Positions 25,801 to 38,818 of a stretch of DNA of 64,000 nt are shown here, piece after piece. Position numbers and translations under genes: made by a program. The stretch is from Lingula anatina. Taxonomy: Eukaryota; Animalia; Brachiopoda. The notes below the pieces were generated by a model. It ran no database searches. It was not told the origin of the DNA and was given only the letters and a program-made list of their open reading frames with translations. The stretch covers positions 17,050,001 to 17,114,000 of the forward strand of contig CM120642.1 of the NCBI GenBank assembly GCA_051362555.1, in the 5' to 3' direction. Each line of letters begins with the position of its first letter. Position 1 is the stretch's first letter.

Positions 25801-28286
25801 GTTTTATATTTTTACCCTTTTTACTTATTTCATTTTCCTTTACTTTCAAATAAGTGCTTACGTTAGAAGATAAATATCTGTGAGAAGGAATGATGTCACC
25901 TTGAGGGGGTTTTCTCTAAGACTGGGTTCCCATCCCCAGATCGATCTTATAGGATCGGACCATCTCCAAGGGATCTCTCGCTAAATTGCTTTCAGCTTAA
26001 GTGGCTTAGACGACTGGGACGCCTACTAAAGCTGCTTAACAGATAGTTAATTACCCTCTATCAGCGTCAGTAGGCGTGACAGACATCTAAACCGCCCAAG
26101 TTAATTGCAGTTAAGCGAGAAACCCCTCGGAGATAGTTTGATCCAAAGTTAGTACGGTATACGTAGTCTCTGGAAAGAGTCTCTTATTGTTAAGGAGAAT
26201 CGAGTCTAAATACCTCTAGTTACGTTCTAGGACAGTTCCCAGGAAATGCTGAGACTTCCAAGAATTGTGACAGACTTTGTTTGAAAGACAAAAGTCAAAT
26301 ATGTGGAGGGAATAAAGAATTCGCAGTTTTTAAAGGTATGAACAAACAATTTACCGTTTTATGCATTTAGAAAGCTTGTTCAGAGTGCCTAGGCATGTAG
26401 TGTTATAACAGAGGTGTTGTGTGTTCAAAAACAAAAATACATAAATAACTATAATACATAAATGAATAAAGTGAAAAGATAAATAAAGCTGTAATACACA
26501 CAGAAATATTTATTTACTTGTGCTGGTGATAATAATAAACTTTTTTGCGCCCCATAGAGGTTGCCATTTTATATGTATAATGTTTCTGTATCTGTCTATG
26601 CTAATATTACATTTTCTCCCAGTTGGGCCTTATATGGCTGTGTATGGTCCTAAGACCACACCAACCACAGAACAGCCGACAACCAGGAGTACCACGGAGA
26701 AACTGCTTACAACCACCACCCCTGAACCCACCACAACCAGTTCAACCACCACAACCCCTGAACCCACCACAACCAGTTCAACCACCACAACCCCTGAGCC
26801 CACCACAACCACCGTAACAACCACAGCCAAGACAACCACTGAGAAACTGGTTACTCCCGATCCCTCCAATGTCACAAACACAACGCCACCTCCAAAGGGT
26901 AAGTCATTGTGGTCAACAGAAACTTTCTGTCGTGGTGATGACGTATATCTAAGCTAAGTAACTGGTGCGCCAATTGTCGTGTAATTACGTAATCATTGAT
27001 TCAGAGTGATATAGTCTATATCAGTAATGGCCAACACTTTGAAATAAATCAGTAAGTTTTTTTTCCATTTTGCATTTTATTCGCCTCATTTTAAAGTGAC
27101 AAAATGAACGTTAGACCTTCGTAAAGCATGAGAACAATTTCCTGAAAACTTTGAAGGTTCTTCTTTTTGAGCAACTCTCATCTCGTAATTGAGATGAAAG
27201 GGTGGTGATTCTCACTGGTAACAATAAATGTAGAAATTAAGGCCTCGAAAATGTGTTTATGGATTTTGTTTTTCACAGATACTCAATAAAAATTTGCCTT
27301 GGCACAACACATTTGTTTTTAAGAGCTAAAATGTACAGGCGGATCTTTCTAACAAAGCTATTTACCCTAGAAAAGGAGGGGGGGCGTCATCATTGAACTT
27401 GTTTCTGTCATTCTTGCTCATTTATAACTGAATAGAGTGACTGCCACACTTTGTTCGAACTGATCTCCAACACAGTGCGAGTCAGTACCATTCCAAACAA
27501 GATAATGCTCCTCTGTTTGATCTGTTACAGACGCGTGCGTTATCGGGGGTAAATACTACGCCAAGGGAGCGACCTTCAACGACGGTTGTGATAAGAACTG
27601 TATCTGCATAGATCCACCCCACGTCTTCAGGTGCATTGAGAAGTAAGTAGTTGGTTAGGAATGATGCGAACACTGGCATAGCTAGAATTGTGCTAAGGGG
27701 AGGAAGAAAAGACAAATAAAATACGGTTATTTTTTCCATAATGTGTAGAGAAAAGGTATGAGGCATTACGGGGAGAAGGGGGGGGGGCATCAAAGCTCCA
27801 AGGGGTCGGGGGGGGGGGGGTACAAGCTCATTGTGTCACCCGTGCTGGACCCTCCGTTGCTTGTGATTAATACTTGTTACCACCATTGCGTCTGTTTCTA
27901 GCGTACAGGCGAATTACATAATTATACCACATAGCGAAATAACACCAACACTGACTGTATATCCATCTTAAAATTGAAGTGAATGCCGAATGGCCGAAAT
28001 ACTGAAATTCTTGAGAACTTAAAAACCTCTTTTTACTGGAATTTCAGCACTATATCGGGTGGGAAGGTAGAGGAAACGCTTTATTGCTGTTTACTTTTAA
28101 TGATTGAATGCACTTTCATATTAGTAAATAATAAACAATAAGATCTTGAAATTTTGCATCCTCTTTCCCTCTAGGTGCTACCAGTGGAATAAACAGTTCC
28201 TGCCGCCAGGTTGCCGTTTTGTTACTGTGCCAAATGAGTGTTGCCCAGGCCTCGTGTGCGAGAATCCGCCCACTGTTTTGGGTTGA
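22825..28286 (+). CDS. Gene B: secreted mucin-like protein (414 aa): signal peptide, CCP/sushi-like domain with internal basic cleavage sites, WSC domain, Thr-rich stalk, C-terminal vWC-like domain
   Basis: Exons 22825-22863, 23554-23656, 23917-24008, 24450-24660, 25090-25284, 26231-26335, 26623-26898, 27531-27642, 28175-28286 (1245 nt, phases consistent). MATKALFLLLAIQVLAATHFASG...; WSC motif YTGCY...CVQFCGNHGFTLAG...CRCG...CDRLC...ICGG...AVF; vWC-like CVIGGKYYAKGATFNDGCDKNCIC...RCIEK/CYQW...GC...ECC...VCENPPTVLG*. AATAAA at 28322. Confidence 0.88.
24206..24408 (-). mobile_element. MITE family 1, truncated copy
   Basis: Matches 25920-26183 and the reverse complement of 9711-9967; ends CTGGGAATGGTCTC-TTA. 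Confidence 0.75.
24852..25016 (+). mobile_element. MITE family 4 (TIR CCGGTGTAACG)
   Basis: CCGGTGTAACG...CGTTACACCGG; homologous to 35395-35562 and 63559-63729. Confidence 0.85.
25920..26183 (-). mobile_element. MITE family 1, full copy
   Basis: TAA-GACTGGGTTCCCA...GAGTCTC-TTA with long internal inverted arms. Confidence 0.8.
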
Positions 28287-28741
28287 CTTCGCAGCAACAA
28301 CGCTCCCAATGGTCGTTGACCAATAAAATGTATACGTTATGTTAACGGATAAAAAAACACAATCATGACGTATGTTAAGAAAATCTTTGCAATAAATGCA
28401 TTGGAATAACGACTTGTACAGAGTCATGGACGAGACAAGCACGCCAATATTCACGTATAAATTAACTGCAAATAGAAGCAAGTGATTTTGTTATTGCATT
28501 CAGTGACATGGGCGAATAAACAACTGTAGAGCAAGAATGGAAAACAAACGTGAAATAAAGAAACATTGAGAGAAATGTAATTTTTGAGCTATTGTTTTTC
28601 TTTTGTTGAATTCGTACGTTTGAGTATTGAAAGGTACAGTACATGTAGTGTCAAAAAAAGGCGACGGTTTAATTAATGCGTATTTTGAAACAAATCAAAT
28701 CATTTCACAGTTCGGGTTGATAACTTGACAGCGTGAATTAA

Positions 28742-28986
28742 GGCTGATTCCCTTTGAAATAATCGGTGTACGTAGATCGATCCAACTCCACGGGGACTCC
28801 AGCTGAATACACCCAGTTAAACAGATTAACACGCCTCCTCCTTGTGTTGAGTATAATACAGAAAAGCTGGTTACTATACGAGTACGTTGTAAGCAAACTA
28901 ATTTTTAAACTGATTGCATTAAGCAAGAGTCCCTGCGGAATTGGATCCATCTACGTAGACCAATAGTTTCAATGGGAATGAACCCT
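28742..28986. mobile_element. Palindromic MITE, diverged relative of 5866-6123
   Basis: Inverted arms TACGTAGATCGATCCAACTCCACGGGGACTC / GAGTCCCTGCGGAATTGGATCCATCTACGTA. Confidence 0.65.
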
Positions 28987-29542
28987 GAGTAATACAGAAA
29001 TATATATAAAAAAAACAAAAAACAAACTTACTTAATTTATATAAAGATACAATAATCTAAGATTTTGTATCACTGTGAATACAGAGCCAAATTGTGTTTA
29101 TGTTTTTATTTCATTTTGTATTTGAAAGGCCCCATGGCCCCATGACAAGTTTAAAATGTTAATTTGATCTGCCGTTAATGATATTCCTTATAAGGGATCT
29201 TGGTTGCTTGATTAAAAGGCTATGTATTATTTTTTGTTTCAAAAGATAAGTCCAAATGGTGAAAATATTTTTATATTATCAAGGAGCTTATTGAAAGACC
29301 ATATGTCTTACTTTATTAGTTTAAAAATTAAGGTCAAGGTGACACTAAATCGCCTTTAAATTGGTTCATTTCTGGGCACAAACAACGCTCTTGTTTGTCA
29401 CCAGCATCAGTGCCCGACGAATAATACTTACTTAAACTTGGGTCATGGAGAGCTAGACCTACGTGTTACATAATTTTCTCGTGTGTAGCCACGTGCTTTT
29501 GGTTCTGCCGGTTTGAGCGTTCCTCTGTTTCCACCTAACGTG

Positions 29543-29550
29543 TATAAATA
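29543..29550 (+). promoter_or_regulatory. Candidate TATA box of gene C
   Basis: TATAAATA 50 nt upstream of the signal-peptide ATG at 29593. Confidence 0.45.
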
Positions 29551-29592
29551 TGTCGGTGAGTACTCTGTATCAACCCACTGCCATTGGTAACA

Positions 29593-32500
29593 ATGCTGTC
29601 GACGCGTGTCCTCGTTTGCTGCTTTGTGGTACGTATCCATGGATTTCGTGGTTTAACATTATAAAATGAACTTTTAATAACGAACTATTGATACGAGTGT
29701 ACATTTACAATGTAAGTGAGAGTAATCTTGTTGTATGATTAATAATAATTTTTGGAGTAATTTTACAAAAAGGGACCGTGTGAGTTACATCAAAGGCACT
29801 TCATTTCGTGTTGCACATGCGTAACTGTTTTAGATTACTTTTTAAGGACTGTTGATTCATTTTTATTTTGGTGAAAATTTAGTATAAAACAGCAAAAACA
29901 ATAGGGCAAGTCAAAATTTTACACAGAATGCGTCATTTACTGAAGTAACTGAAATATGTACCTTTACGTGGAAAATGAAAACTGTCAAAACGGGATTCAC
30001 ATCACTGCCACCATTCAGCTTTGTTAAATAACAGTAATATGTCAGAAACGATTTCACATACGATATCCATAAGTACAGCTTTAAGCTATGTGTGACAGAG
30101 TCTTAAGAAAAAGGCCCACAGCTGCGCGAAGATGAGCTGCAGTGTACAAGTGCATGAACAACTCAAACTGGCGCTACCAGATAAAACTGTCTTTTTTTTT
30201 TTACAATCTTCCAAGGTCAATAATTAGCTGTTTTGTGGTGTTTTCAAAGCCGTCTATTTTTGCAAGTTCCCGGTTTTTTTTCCGTGAAAGTACTAACAAT
30301 CACAGTTTATATGTAGCTGTCTACTTCTGCAAGCTCATGGAGGTCCATGATTTTGTCTTTCAATAATAAAAATTAATATGTGGATGGACCCTCGTACTGG
30401 TACGTGTCCTTTTGCATTGCAGCTACATTTTTCTCACACACACGCATGGGGAAGCTACTGGAGAGATCGATACGGAGGCTCCAGTGACAAAGGTATAGTA
30501 TCACCTAATTGAGTTGATTGGTTGTTTGAGGCGCACACCTGTCAAAAGAGCCCATAACAAACAATTGTATAGTTTCGTCGAATCATCCATCGAACATGTA
30601 AGGCAAATAACAGTTTATTTGCTTATGTATACATATGGATGTTCCACCTTATGCTGAATGCGAACGTGTACTCGGGAAAGTTTAAACATATAATTGTACA
30701 TCACATTTATTAAAATAAAATGGCGGAACTTCCCCGTATACGTTTCAACATTTTTACTAAAAAGTTCTGCGCTTTTGGAGACAAGACAACCCCTGTATAC
30801 ACATAGGAATTACCTTAACATTTCATTAAAGAACGATGTACATGTATTTCCAAAGATCAATCAAAGATCAAGAACTCTGATTCGATTCGTATAATTCTAT
30901 CTTTACTATAGGTGTCTTCGTGTCCGAATTCATAAAGACTTGTGTATTAAGTAATAAGGTGGACGCGGCGTAACTTGAAAGTGTAATCGTATTTGCCATC
31001 TGCGGCTGTCTCTAAAATTCCCATAATATTCACTGTTCTATGTTTGCATTAAATTGTTACAGCGAAGAAGCATAGGCCCTACAGTTGGTTCAAAATCTGT
31101 ATTTGCCAGAGACAATTCCGCGTAGTAGTAGATTATAAAGGTTCCTTGAATTATAATGGATTACTTTTGAATTGTATAAAGATCTTGTGTTTTAGACTTT
31201 TTCTATTATTCATCTATTGTGCCTTACGTTGTCTTGCTTTGTTTTGCGATGTTATAATCACAAACTGATGAGCAATTAAAAGACCATTCCCAGGCCCTAT
31301 CATACTAATTATGAATCGATCTCCAAGGGGTTTCTCGCTAAATTGCAATCAACTTAAGCGGTTTAGATGTCTGTCACGACTACTGAAGCAGCTAGGGGGT
31401 AATCAAAATCATTCAGCAGCTTCAATAGGCGTGCCAGACATCTAAGCCGCTCAAGCTGAGGGCAATTTAGCGAGAAACCCCTTAGAGATTGATCGACCCA
31501 GTCTTAAGGTGCTGTGAGAAGCGTACAGTATGAGTGTGAAGCTAATATCAAGCGTACGACATTCTCGCATGTTAGCCTGTGCCGACCCATAGCTACAAGT
31601 GAGAAGAGAAATGTAATTTTGATGTTGCCGATCTAAGCCATTTTGGTTATCAGTGCCAAAGAAAAATCTTTGAAGTGTCCTGGTCCTATTAAAAGCCATG
31701 TGAAAATTATCTTTGAAACCATCTTACTTTAAGATGACGACGAAAATCCGTGCTCGAGAAGATACTACGGAAGCGTTCCTGATCCCACCGACTGTCGGAA
31801 GTATTTGGAGTGTCGCGGTAGAGCTGTGTCGGGGCGTCTCACGTGCAAAAATGGAGAAATCTTTCACAAATATAAAAGATGTAACACGAAAGAGTCCTCT
31901 GTCCCTTGCAAAGGTAAGAGAGCTTGTTATTCGCTTAACCAAAATTAGTAATAATGTATGTAAGATAAACGAAATGGTATACTCTTTGTATGAGTGTGCG
32001 TGCATGTGTGTGCGTCCGAGTTTGTGATATCCATTCTTGTGTGCATCTTCATTTCTTTCATTTAACGCATTATACAATGGTTTGACATTTTTTCTCGAAA
32101 GTGAAAACGACTCCTACTGTTCCAACTTCGAAACCGACAAAACCGACAACTTCACCAGAAAAATTGAACACTAACTCCGAAAATACAGCCAGGTGGGGTA
32201 AGCAACCTTGACTTTAATTGACAACTTTATCAATTCTAGAGTGTTCATTGAAAGGCATATGTGTGTATTTTGAGTAGTATCATTGCAATGCATTTATTTA
32301 AATACCTAAATGCACCAATAATTTCTCGTCAGTCCAAATGAGATTAAAAAATCAGTGTTAAATTTAAGGAGAAAATGAAAGAAATTCGCTAAAATACTAT
32401 TATTTATTATTTGTATTTTAAGGTTTCAGTGATAATCCGTGCAGATTTGTACCCTTTGGCACTGCTCCCGACTCGAACGACTGCCGCGTGTATTATACCT

Positions 32501-35366
32501 GCTTGAGTTTCATCGTGACTTCAAAACGGACGTGCACAGATGGCAAAGTCTTCAATCTATTTTGGCAATGTTACAAGGGCGATCCCACAACTCCTTGCAA
32601 AGGTAACACATTGGGGGATTGCTTTGTAAATTTGTTATAACGAAATAGTTTACTAGGGAATCAGCCGCTATTTGGTTAACATGCTGGTCATTTATAAACG
32701 ACCCTGCTTATTTTAAGTTATTAATCATTGCAAATGTTAACTGATTTTACATTCCAATTGCTAATCCATTGAGATATAGGGATGGATATAGGTAGGACAC
32801 TATCTTTAAAAGTCAAGATTTAGGGTAGGCACCGGCTACCGACTTTACACTGTATGGTCTAGAAAGATTTACCCATTGTTGATAAAGTGGCAATTTTTAT
32901 TGAACGGACACGTAAGTTATACGTGGCTCATATATCACCATCTTTCAAGCTCAGCTCCATAGCTCCATAGTCAATATCTTTGGCGCTGGGTAACTGTGGA
33001 TAATCCGGCACTTAAGTTAGTAATGACGCTGTCTTACACGTCACGGAACTTCTGGTCTCCATTCGAATGTTGATTTTGAGCGCATCAATAGTTAAGGATT
33101 TAAGCCATTAAGACTGTACTGTATCACCACAGAAAATAACCCAGAGGGGAAAGCTTATAAAATATAGGCCTTGAGAATGTGGTGTTGTTCTATCCTGCTG
33201 ATAAATCACAGTATCCATGGTCACTTGTCTATATGTTAATTTTCTTAGAAACGATAGCGATAATAGAATGGATACATCTTTTTGAACCACCCTTTATTAA
33301 TCCGAAACCAGACAGGAGGCTCACATCATCACATTTATACCTACACGTCAAAGTAAATAAGACTATGGGTAATGGCTTTCGGAAAAAAGTTTCACATTTT
33401 CCGTCGTGAGTATTATAATTAATTCTTTGAAATGTTTTGATAATACATCAATTATTTTCAGGTGATCAAAAGGTAACAAACACGCCAGTGGCGCCTAAAA
33501 CGCAATCGACAGTGCCGAAGACTAAACCGACAGTCGCTGCAACCAAACCAACCACTACCTCTAAAGCAACTACTACGACCAAAGCAACCAAATCAACAAC
33601 AAAGACAGAACCTGCAACCACAACAGCCATGACAACAACCACAACAACGCCTACAACAACAACAACAACCATATCTACCACCACTACAAGAAAACCAACA
33701 ACAACAACAGTAACAACTCCTAAAACAACAACAACAACAACGCCTACCACAACAACAACAACTGAACCAACAACAACTGAACCAACAACAACCACAACAA
33801 CGCCTACCACAACAACCACAACAACGCCTACCACAACAACAACAACTGAACCAACAACAACTACAACAACTGAACCCACAACAACCACAACTGAGCCAAC
33901 AACAACCACAGCTGAGCCAACAACAACTACAACAACTGAACCAACAACAACCACAACTGAGCCAACAACAACCACAACAACTGAACCAACAACAACCACA
34001 GCTCAGCCAACAACAACCACAACAACGCCTACCACAACAACAACAACTGAATCAACAACAACCACAACAACTGAACCCACAACAACCACAACTGAGCCAA
34101 CAACAACCACAACAACTGAACCAACAACAACCACAACTGAGCCAACAACAGCCACAACAACTGAACCAACAACAACCACAACTGAGCCAACAACAGCCAC
34201 AACAACTGAACCAATAACAACCACAGCTCAGCCAACAACAACCACAACAACTGAACCAACAACAACCACAACAACGCCAACAACAGCCACAACCACAGCC
34301 AAACCTACCACTACAAAAATTGTACCAAAAACCACAACCACCGTAACTGAGCCGCCAACAACTACAACCACGCCGAAAGACACCACGTCAACGAAACCAC
34401 CAGGAGGTAAAGGACGCCATATTTTCTCTATATATTCACGTTATTACTATGACAAATATAAATGTCTAGATAGATGTGTATCAGATATTGTAATTGTAAC
34501 GCTACTGAAGGCTTTTACTGCCATCTAGTGTTTTTGATTTTATGTGCCTGATTTGAAAACGTTGTCAACATGATAGTTAATTGATAAGTTGATACATGAT
34601 TTGCACGGAGGGAATGGTCTAGGGCATTAAGATTTTTATATTTTCTTTATTTTTATTCCCATGCAGGGTCATGTTTCTATAATGGAAGATACTATGCTGT
34701 AGGCAAAACGTTTGAAATCGGCTGTGAAAAACGATGCTTATGCGAAGATCAGGACACGATTACTTGTGGAGAGAGGTAGGCATTATAGTACTGTATATTG
34801 TATCTACTTGAAAATGTTTAGATAACTTGGCTCACAGGCTTCTTATGACACAGTTTACACTATAGAAAAGCAAATTGACAATATACAAATGCTGCTATCT
34901 TACGCACATCTGTTTTTTCTTGTTGTTTACGTTCGTTTTTAGTTTTTTTCTAAACACGGGTCATCTATAAAAATATAAATATTTATGTGTTCTCATTAAC
35001 GCAAACAATAGCATGAATAAATAACAACATAAGTATGGAAATTTGGCCGGGGACGGCCGCTTTTACTGAAAGGTCCCGTCTTGTAAAAGAAATGATGCGA
35101 AGTTATTATATAGCATTAACTAGTATTGAGTTATAAAATTACGTAATGATATGGTATAAATAATAAATATACAAAGAAATAGTACACATATTTTCTATTT
35201 ACGGGGTTGCAAAGAAGCCAACAGCATTAAGCATAAATCAGTTGATTTGTCTTACAGATGCTACGAGTGGAATCTTGACACGTTACCCGCGGGTTGCCGG
35301 CTCATTACCACCGAGGGACTGTGTTGCAAGAGTGTCCTTTGTGAAAATGGTCCCCCTATAGGGTAG
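29593..35366 (+). CDS. Gene C: secreted peritrophin/mucin-like protein (574 aa): signal peptide, 2x chitin-binding type-2 (ChtBD2/CBM14) domains, long Thr-rich region, C-terminal vWC-like domain
   Basis: Exons 29593-29628, 30423-30492, 31734-31913, 32102-32197, 32423-32602, 33462-34406, 34667-34775, 35258-35366 (1725 nt). MLSTRVLVCCFVLHFSHTHA; NPCSRRYYGSVPDPTDCRKYLEC...TCKNGEIF...C...PC; NPCRF...PDSNDCRVYYTC...TCTDGKVFN...C...PC; CFYNGRYYAVGKTFEIGCEKRCLC...TCGER/CYEW...GC...LCC...LCENGPPIG*. Confidence 0.9.
31282..31503 (+). mobile_element. MITE family 1 copy
   Basis: GACCATTCCCAGG...GGGGTTTCTCGCTAAATTGC...GCAATTTAGCGAGAAACCCC...GACCCAGTC-TTAA. Confidence 0.8.
32960..33290 (-). pseudogene. 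Highly degraded Tc1/mariner-superfamily transposase fragment in an intron of gene C
   Basis: IYQQDRTTPH resembles FQQDGAPPH, FPLWV resembles FFLWG, and downstream TIDALKINIR resembles the T.EELK..I motif. No TIR pair confirmed. Confidence 0.4.
33600..34300 (+). repeat. Coding minisatellite (ACA/ACC-rich; T5-7EP units) in gene C
   Basis: Tandem ACAACAACCACAACTGARCCA units. Confidence 0.9.
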
Positions 35367-35394
35367 AGACCTCGTGGCGGCGTCTTAGCTACTG

Positions 35395-35562
35395 CCGGTG
35401 TGACGATACTGAGGGTCCCTGTAACAAAAAGCTAGCCTCTATATACTTATAATGGTTCGGGTTAGCCTGACCTAAGTGGGTCAAAATCCAGGGCGAGGCT
35501 TTCCTGCGCAAATAAATGGGAAGCGGACTCTCTAGCATAGACTCTCTGCCACGTTACACCGG
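35395..35562 (+). mobile_element. MITE family 4 copy in the predicted 3' UTR of gene C
   Basis: CCGGTGTGACG...CGTTACACCGG, starting 29 nt after the stop codon. Confidence 0.8.
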
Positions 35563-36521
35563 ACTAAGGATTTTCTAGGGTAGGGTGGGTTTAAATGAAG
35601 TAAGGGGTGGGGTGATCAAAGATGAAAAAAAAATTATCGCCATTAGTAGTACATGTATGGCATATTTGTATGAAAAGAAGACCCAGAAAATAAAAGGACA
35701 CGTGTTCCAAGGATCCGCTAGAATATTTGTCATGAAAATACCTGGGGATTGATTTGAAAAATACAGATTACACAAAGCATCCGTAATATTGTGGTATTTA
35801 TTTTTACCAGAGGATATCAAACCATTGGATAGAAAACAGTTGCAAGAGTAAAACAATTCCTTTGGTAGGGAGAGTGACCAAATGAAATGTACACATGGCA
35901 TAATTTTGTTGATATTAGATATCGCTGTTGGATTTTTTTCTTTTTCATGGCACGGGTGAAAAATAAAGCATTTCTGCCTATTACATTTTGTTTACCAGTT
36001 ATGGGGCGGGGTTTACAATATACTTCGGTAGTCAAAGAAGTTTTTTTAAATTTTTGTTGGAACAGACGTATTGATATAAAACAACAATATCAGTCACACT
36101 CACTGACTGGAAATCTTTGATTAAGACTAGGATTCTAAATAAAGAAAAATAATAATATCAGAAAAATAATTCCATGAAATATGTAAAAGGAAAGTTATGC
36201 ACTTGTTATTAAAGACGATGTCGATTCTCATATCAGTTTTTTTCTTTATTTCAGTACGTATCTGGACAATTTTAATTAAAACAATTTAGGGGCTTCTAAA
36301 CATTCTATCATTCCTAAATGCCTATATTTTTGATTATGCAAGAAACTCGGGGACTTATTAATCCAAAACAACATATAAAACAAAAAATCAGACATATAAA
36401 ATGACTTTCTTGAGCATATGCCATAATGAACCCCTTAATAATAATAATAAAAATAATAACGATGAAGTTGCTCGGCGCACACTACAATTATTTAGTTGAC
36501 AGGCACATAATTAGAGAAGAT

Positions 36522-37532
36522 ATGGTTCGACAGCTAAGCAACGCAGTTTACTATGGGATTCTTGCTCTCAGAGAAAATGGCCAGAAACGAGCAGCCATTG
36601 CCAGGCAATTCAACATTGATCAGGGAACCGTTAGTAAAGTCCTCCAAAGAAATGCTACAACAGGTGCACCTACTCCAAGACCTCGACCAGGGTGTCCTCG
36701 TATCGCAACAAGAAGACAGGATCGCCTTCTACTTGGACTGTGCCGTGCTGGTCATACAAAGACAACTAGTGTCCTCATAATAGAGTGGCAGAATGTCATT
36801 CAAATGCCCGTTTCAAGATCCCTCGTGAACAAGCCGGTTGTTTTGCACGAAGACCAGTACGGAAACCACTGTTAACAGCAGGCCGTATACAGCGACGTCT
36901 GCAATGGGCTGGGGACCACGTTGCTTTGCAGCCAAACCACTGGAATCACGTCGTTTTCAGTGATGAGGCCAGATATGGAGTTTTAAAGGTTGACGGTCGA
37001 ATCTGTGTCGTCCGACGTGTACGAGAGGCATAAAACGATGATTGTGTACTGCCTAGGGTGCAAGCAGGGGGTGGTAGCGTCTCTATTTGGGGAGCATTTC
37101 ATGCTGGTGCCCAGAAACAGTTGGCTTTTTCTAGAAGGCAACCTCAACCAGGATTCCTACAGAGACATTCTACAGCAAACAATGCTTCCCTTTGTAAGAG
37201 CCATCTTCAGGAACAACTTTGTGTACCAAGACGACTACGCACCCCCACACTGAGCTCGCAAAATCACCGCCTTTTTTCAAAACTAAGGGGTTCAGCAACT
37301 GCCCTGGCCTGCAGACTCCCCAGATATGAACCCAACTGAAAAGCTGTGGGCAGAAGTAACTCGCAGAATTAATAGCTATGATCACCAGCATGCAAATCGT
37401 GATGAACTACGACAGGCAAATATCACTGCGTGGAATTATATCCCCATCCAAACTCTGAAAAACCTGTCACAGGGTATGCCGTGTAGAGTGAGGGCGCTGC
37501 AGGCGGCACTGCAGCCGGCTGATTTACTGTAA
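36522..37532 (+). pseudogene. Tc1 (DD34E) transposase pseudogene, a lineage distinct from the 1058-2415 element
   Basis: MVRQLS...AAIARQF...PRPGCPRIAT (HTH + GRPR-like), ARRPVRKPLLT, WNHVVFSDEARY, GGGSVSIWGAF, VYQDD-34 aa-E (WPADSPDMNPTEKLW). Contains in-frame stops and frameshifts. TIR pair not identified. Confidence 0.9.
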
Positions 37533-38818
37533 TGAGTCCTTTGACTGTATAGCATATCACTTTCCGGAGGCATATTCCGTAATATCTTAGATTAAAGTTT
37601 ATACTGACATCAAACTGAAAAGAAAGTAATATGCACTCAAAAATAACAATGATAAAAAATATTCCATATAAATTATGGACTCTGTATATAGCGACCCCTT
37701 TCAATTTCCAAGTCATGATCATTATTTTTACCTATTCTTTATTTTTATGATATTTTTCATTTTTTTTCTTTTTAAATACTTCATTATTCTAATAGAGATC
37801 AGTGATAAATCTTCGTTTAATTCATAGAAATGAATGAAAAGGGGAAACGTGACAAGATCGGCAAAGAGCTTTAAGGACTTAAGTGGTGACCTGATAGATG
37901 GTTTGAAGTGATAACCCCTTTCTCCCCCCTCCGTTCTTGATCCTGCGCTACATCGTATACACTAGTTTCCGGCTTACGATACCAGGGACCATTCCACAAA
38001 AACTTAAGCCTTGACATATTAGTCTTATCATTTAGACCAAAAATAACCACTCGTTTATATGTTGCGCCAAAGAAGTATGAGAGTTCAGTGAAAGACCCTT
38101 CTCTTGTCAAGGTCGCAATCTTTGTCCAATTTTGGGAACAGAGCCTGTCTGTCAATTTTAGTGATACCGAGCAACCTGACACATCTTTTACAGATAACTT
38201 TCTTTGCAGTAGGCAGCCGAGGTGAATGCAGTTTTCCCCGTTTCTACTACGTCACTGATTTACATACATTGTAGCCCCTTTAAAATGAAGGCGGTTCTCC
38301 AAATATGATATACCCTATATAGGTTTTATGCTGCACAACCCCAAGCAGTTACATGTGCAAGTGTTCTCAAAGTTCCGCCCACCACTGCGGTTTTATCTTC
38401 AACAGCTGTGGATGTACAGTAACCTTGTCAAATGGTATACTGCAGAGTTTGGACCGTTTACACGTTGTGATTCAAATCAAAGTGATGTGCAAGTTGGTCG
38501 CTTTTCAAACTCAATTATGGTAAATAGATGCAAAATAAACAAATGAATTAATAGATTTATAAGGAATAAAGAAATGTAAGATGTAGCAATAAAACGTGCT
38601 AAACTGAGTTGCTGTAATGCAATAACGAAAGAGGGGCGTGGTTTTAAAAACCGACTAAACTGAATCGCATTTTGAAAGAAACTTTGTGTAAATGCGCCTT
38701 TCATGATAACCTATTTGTCCTGGTATATTCGAGATTATTTTTGCGCGAACAGTGTGTCTTTTGATGCACCACGGTCTTGCTGGTGCTGTTTGTAGATGGT
38801 GCCAATATATACGTCAAA

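Noticed and set aside
27531-27642. Suspected frameshift in the gene B vWC exon
   Set aside because: Re-reading shows GAT CCA CCC CAC GTC; the frame is intact (DPPHVFRCIEK).
30378-30492. ATG at 30378 as the start of gene C
   Set aside because: Gives no hydrophobic signal peptide. The upstream exon 29593-29628 with a TATA box and phase-0 splice gives a proper one.
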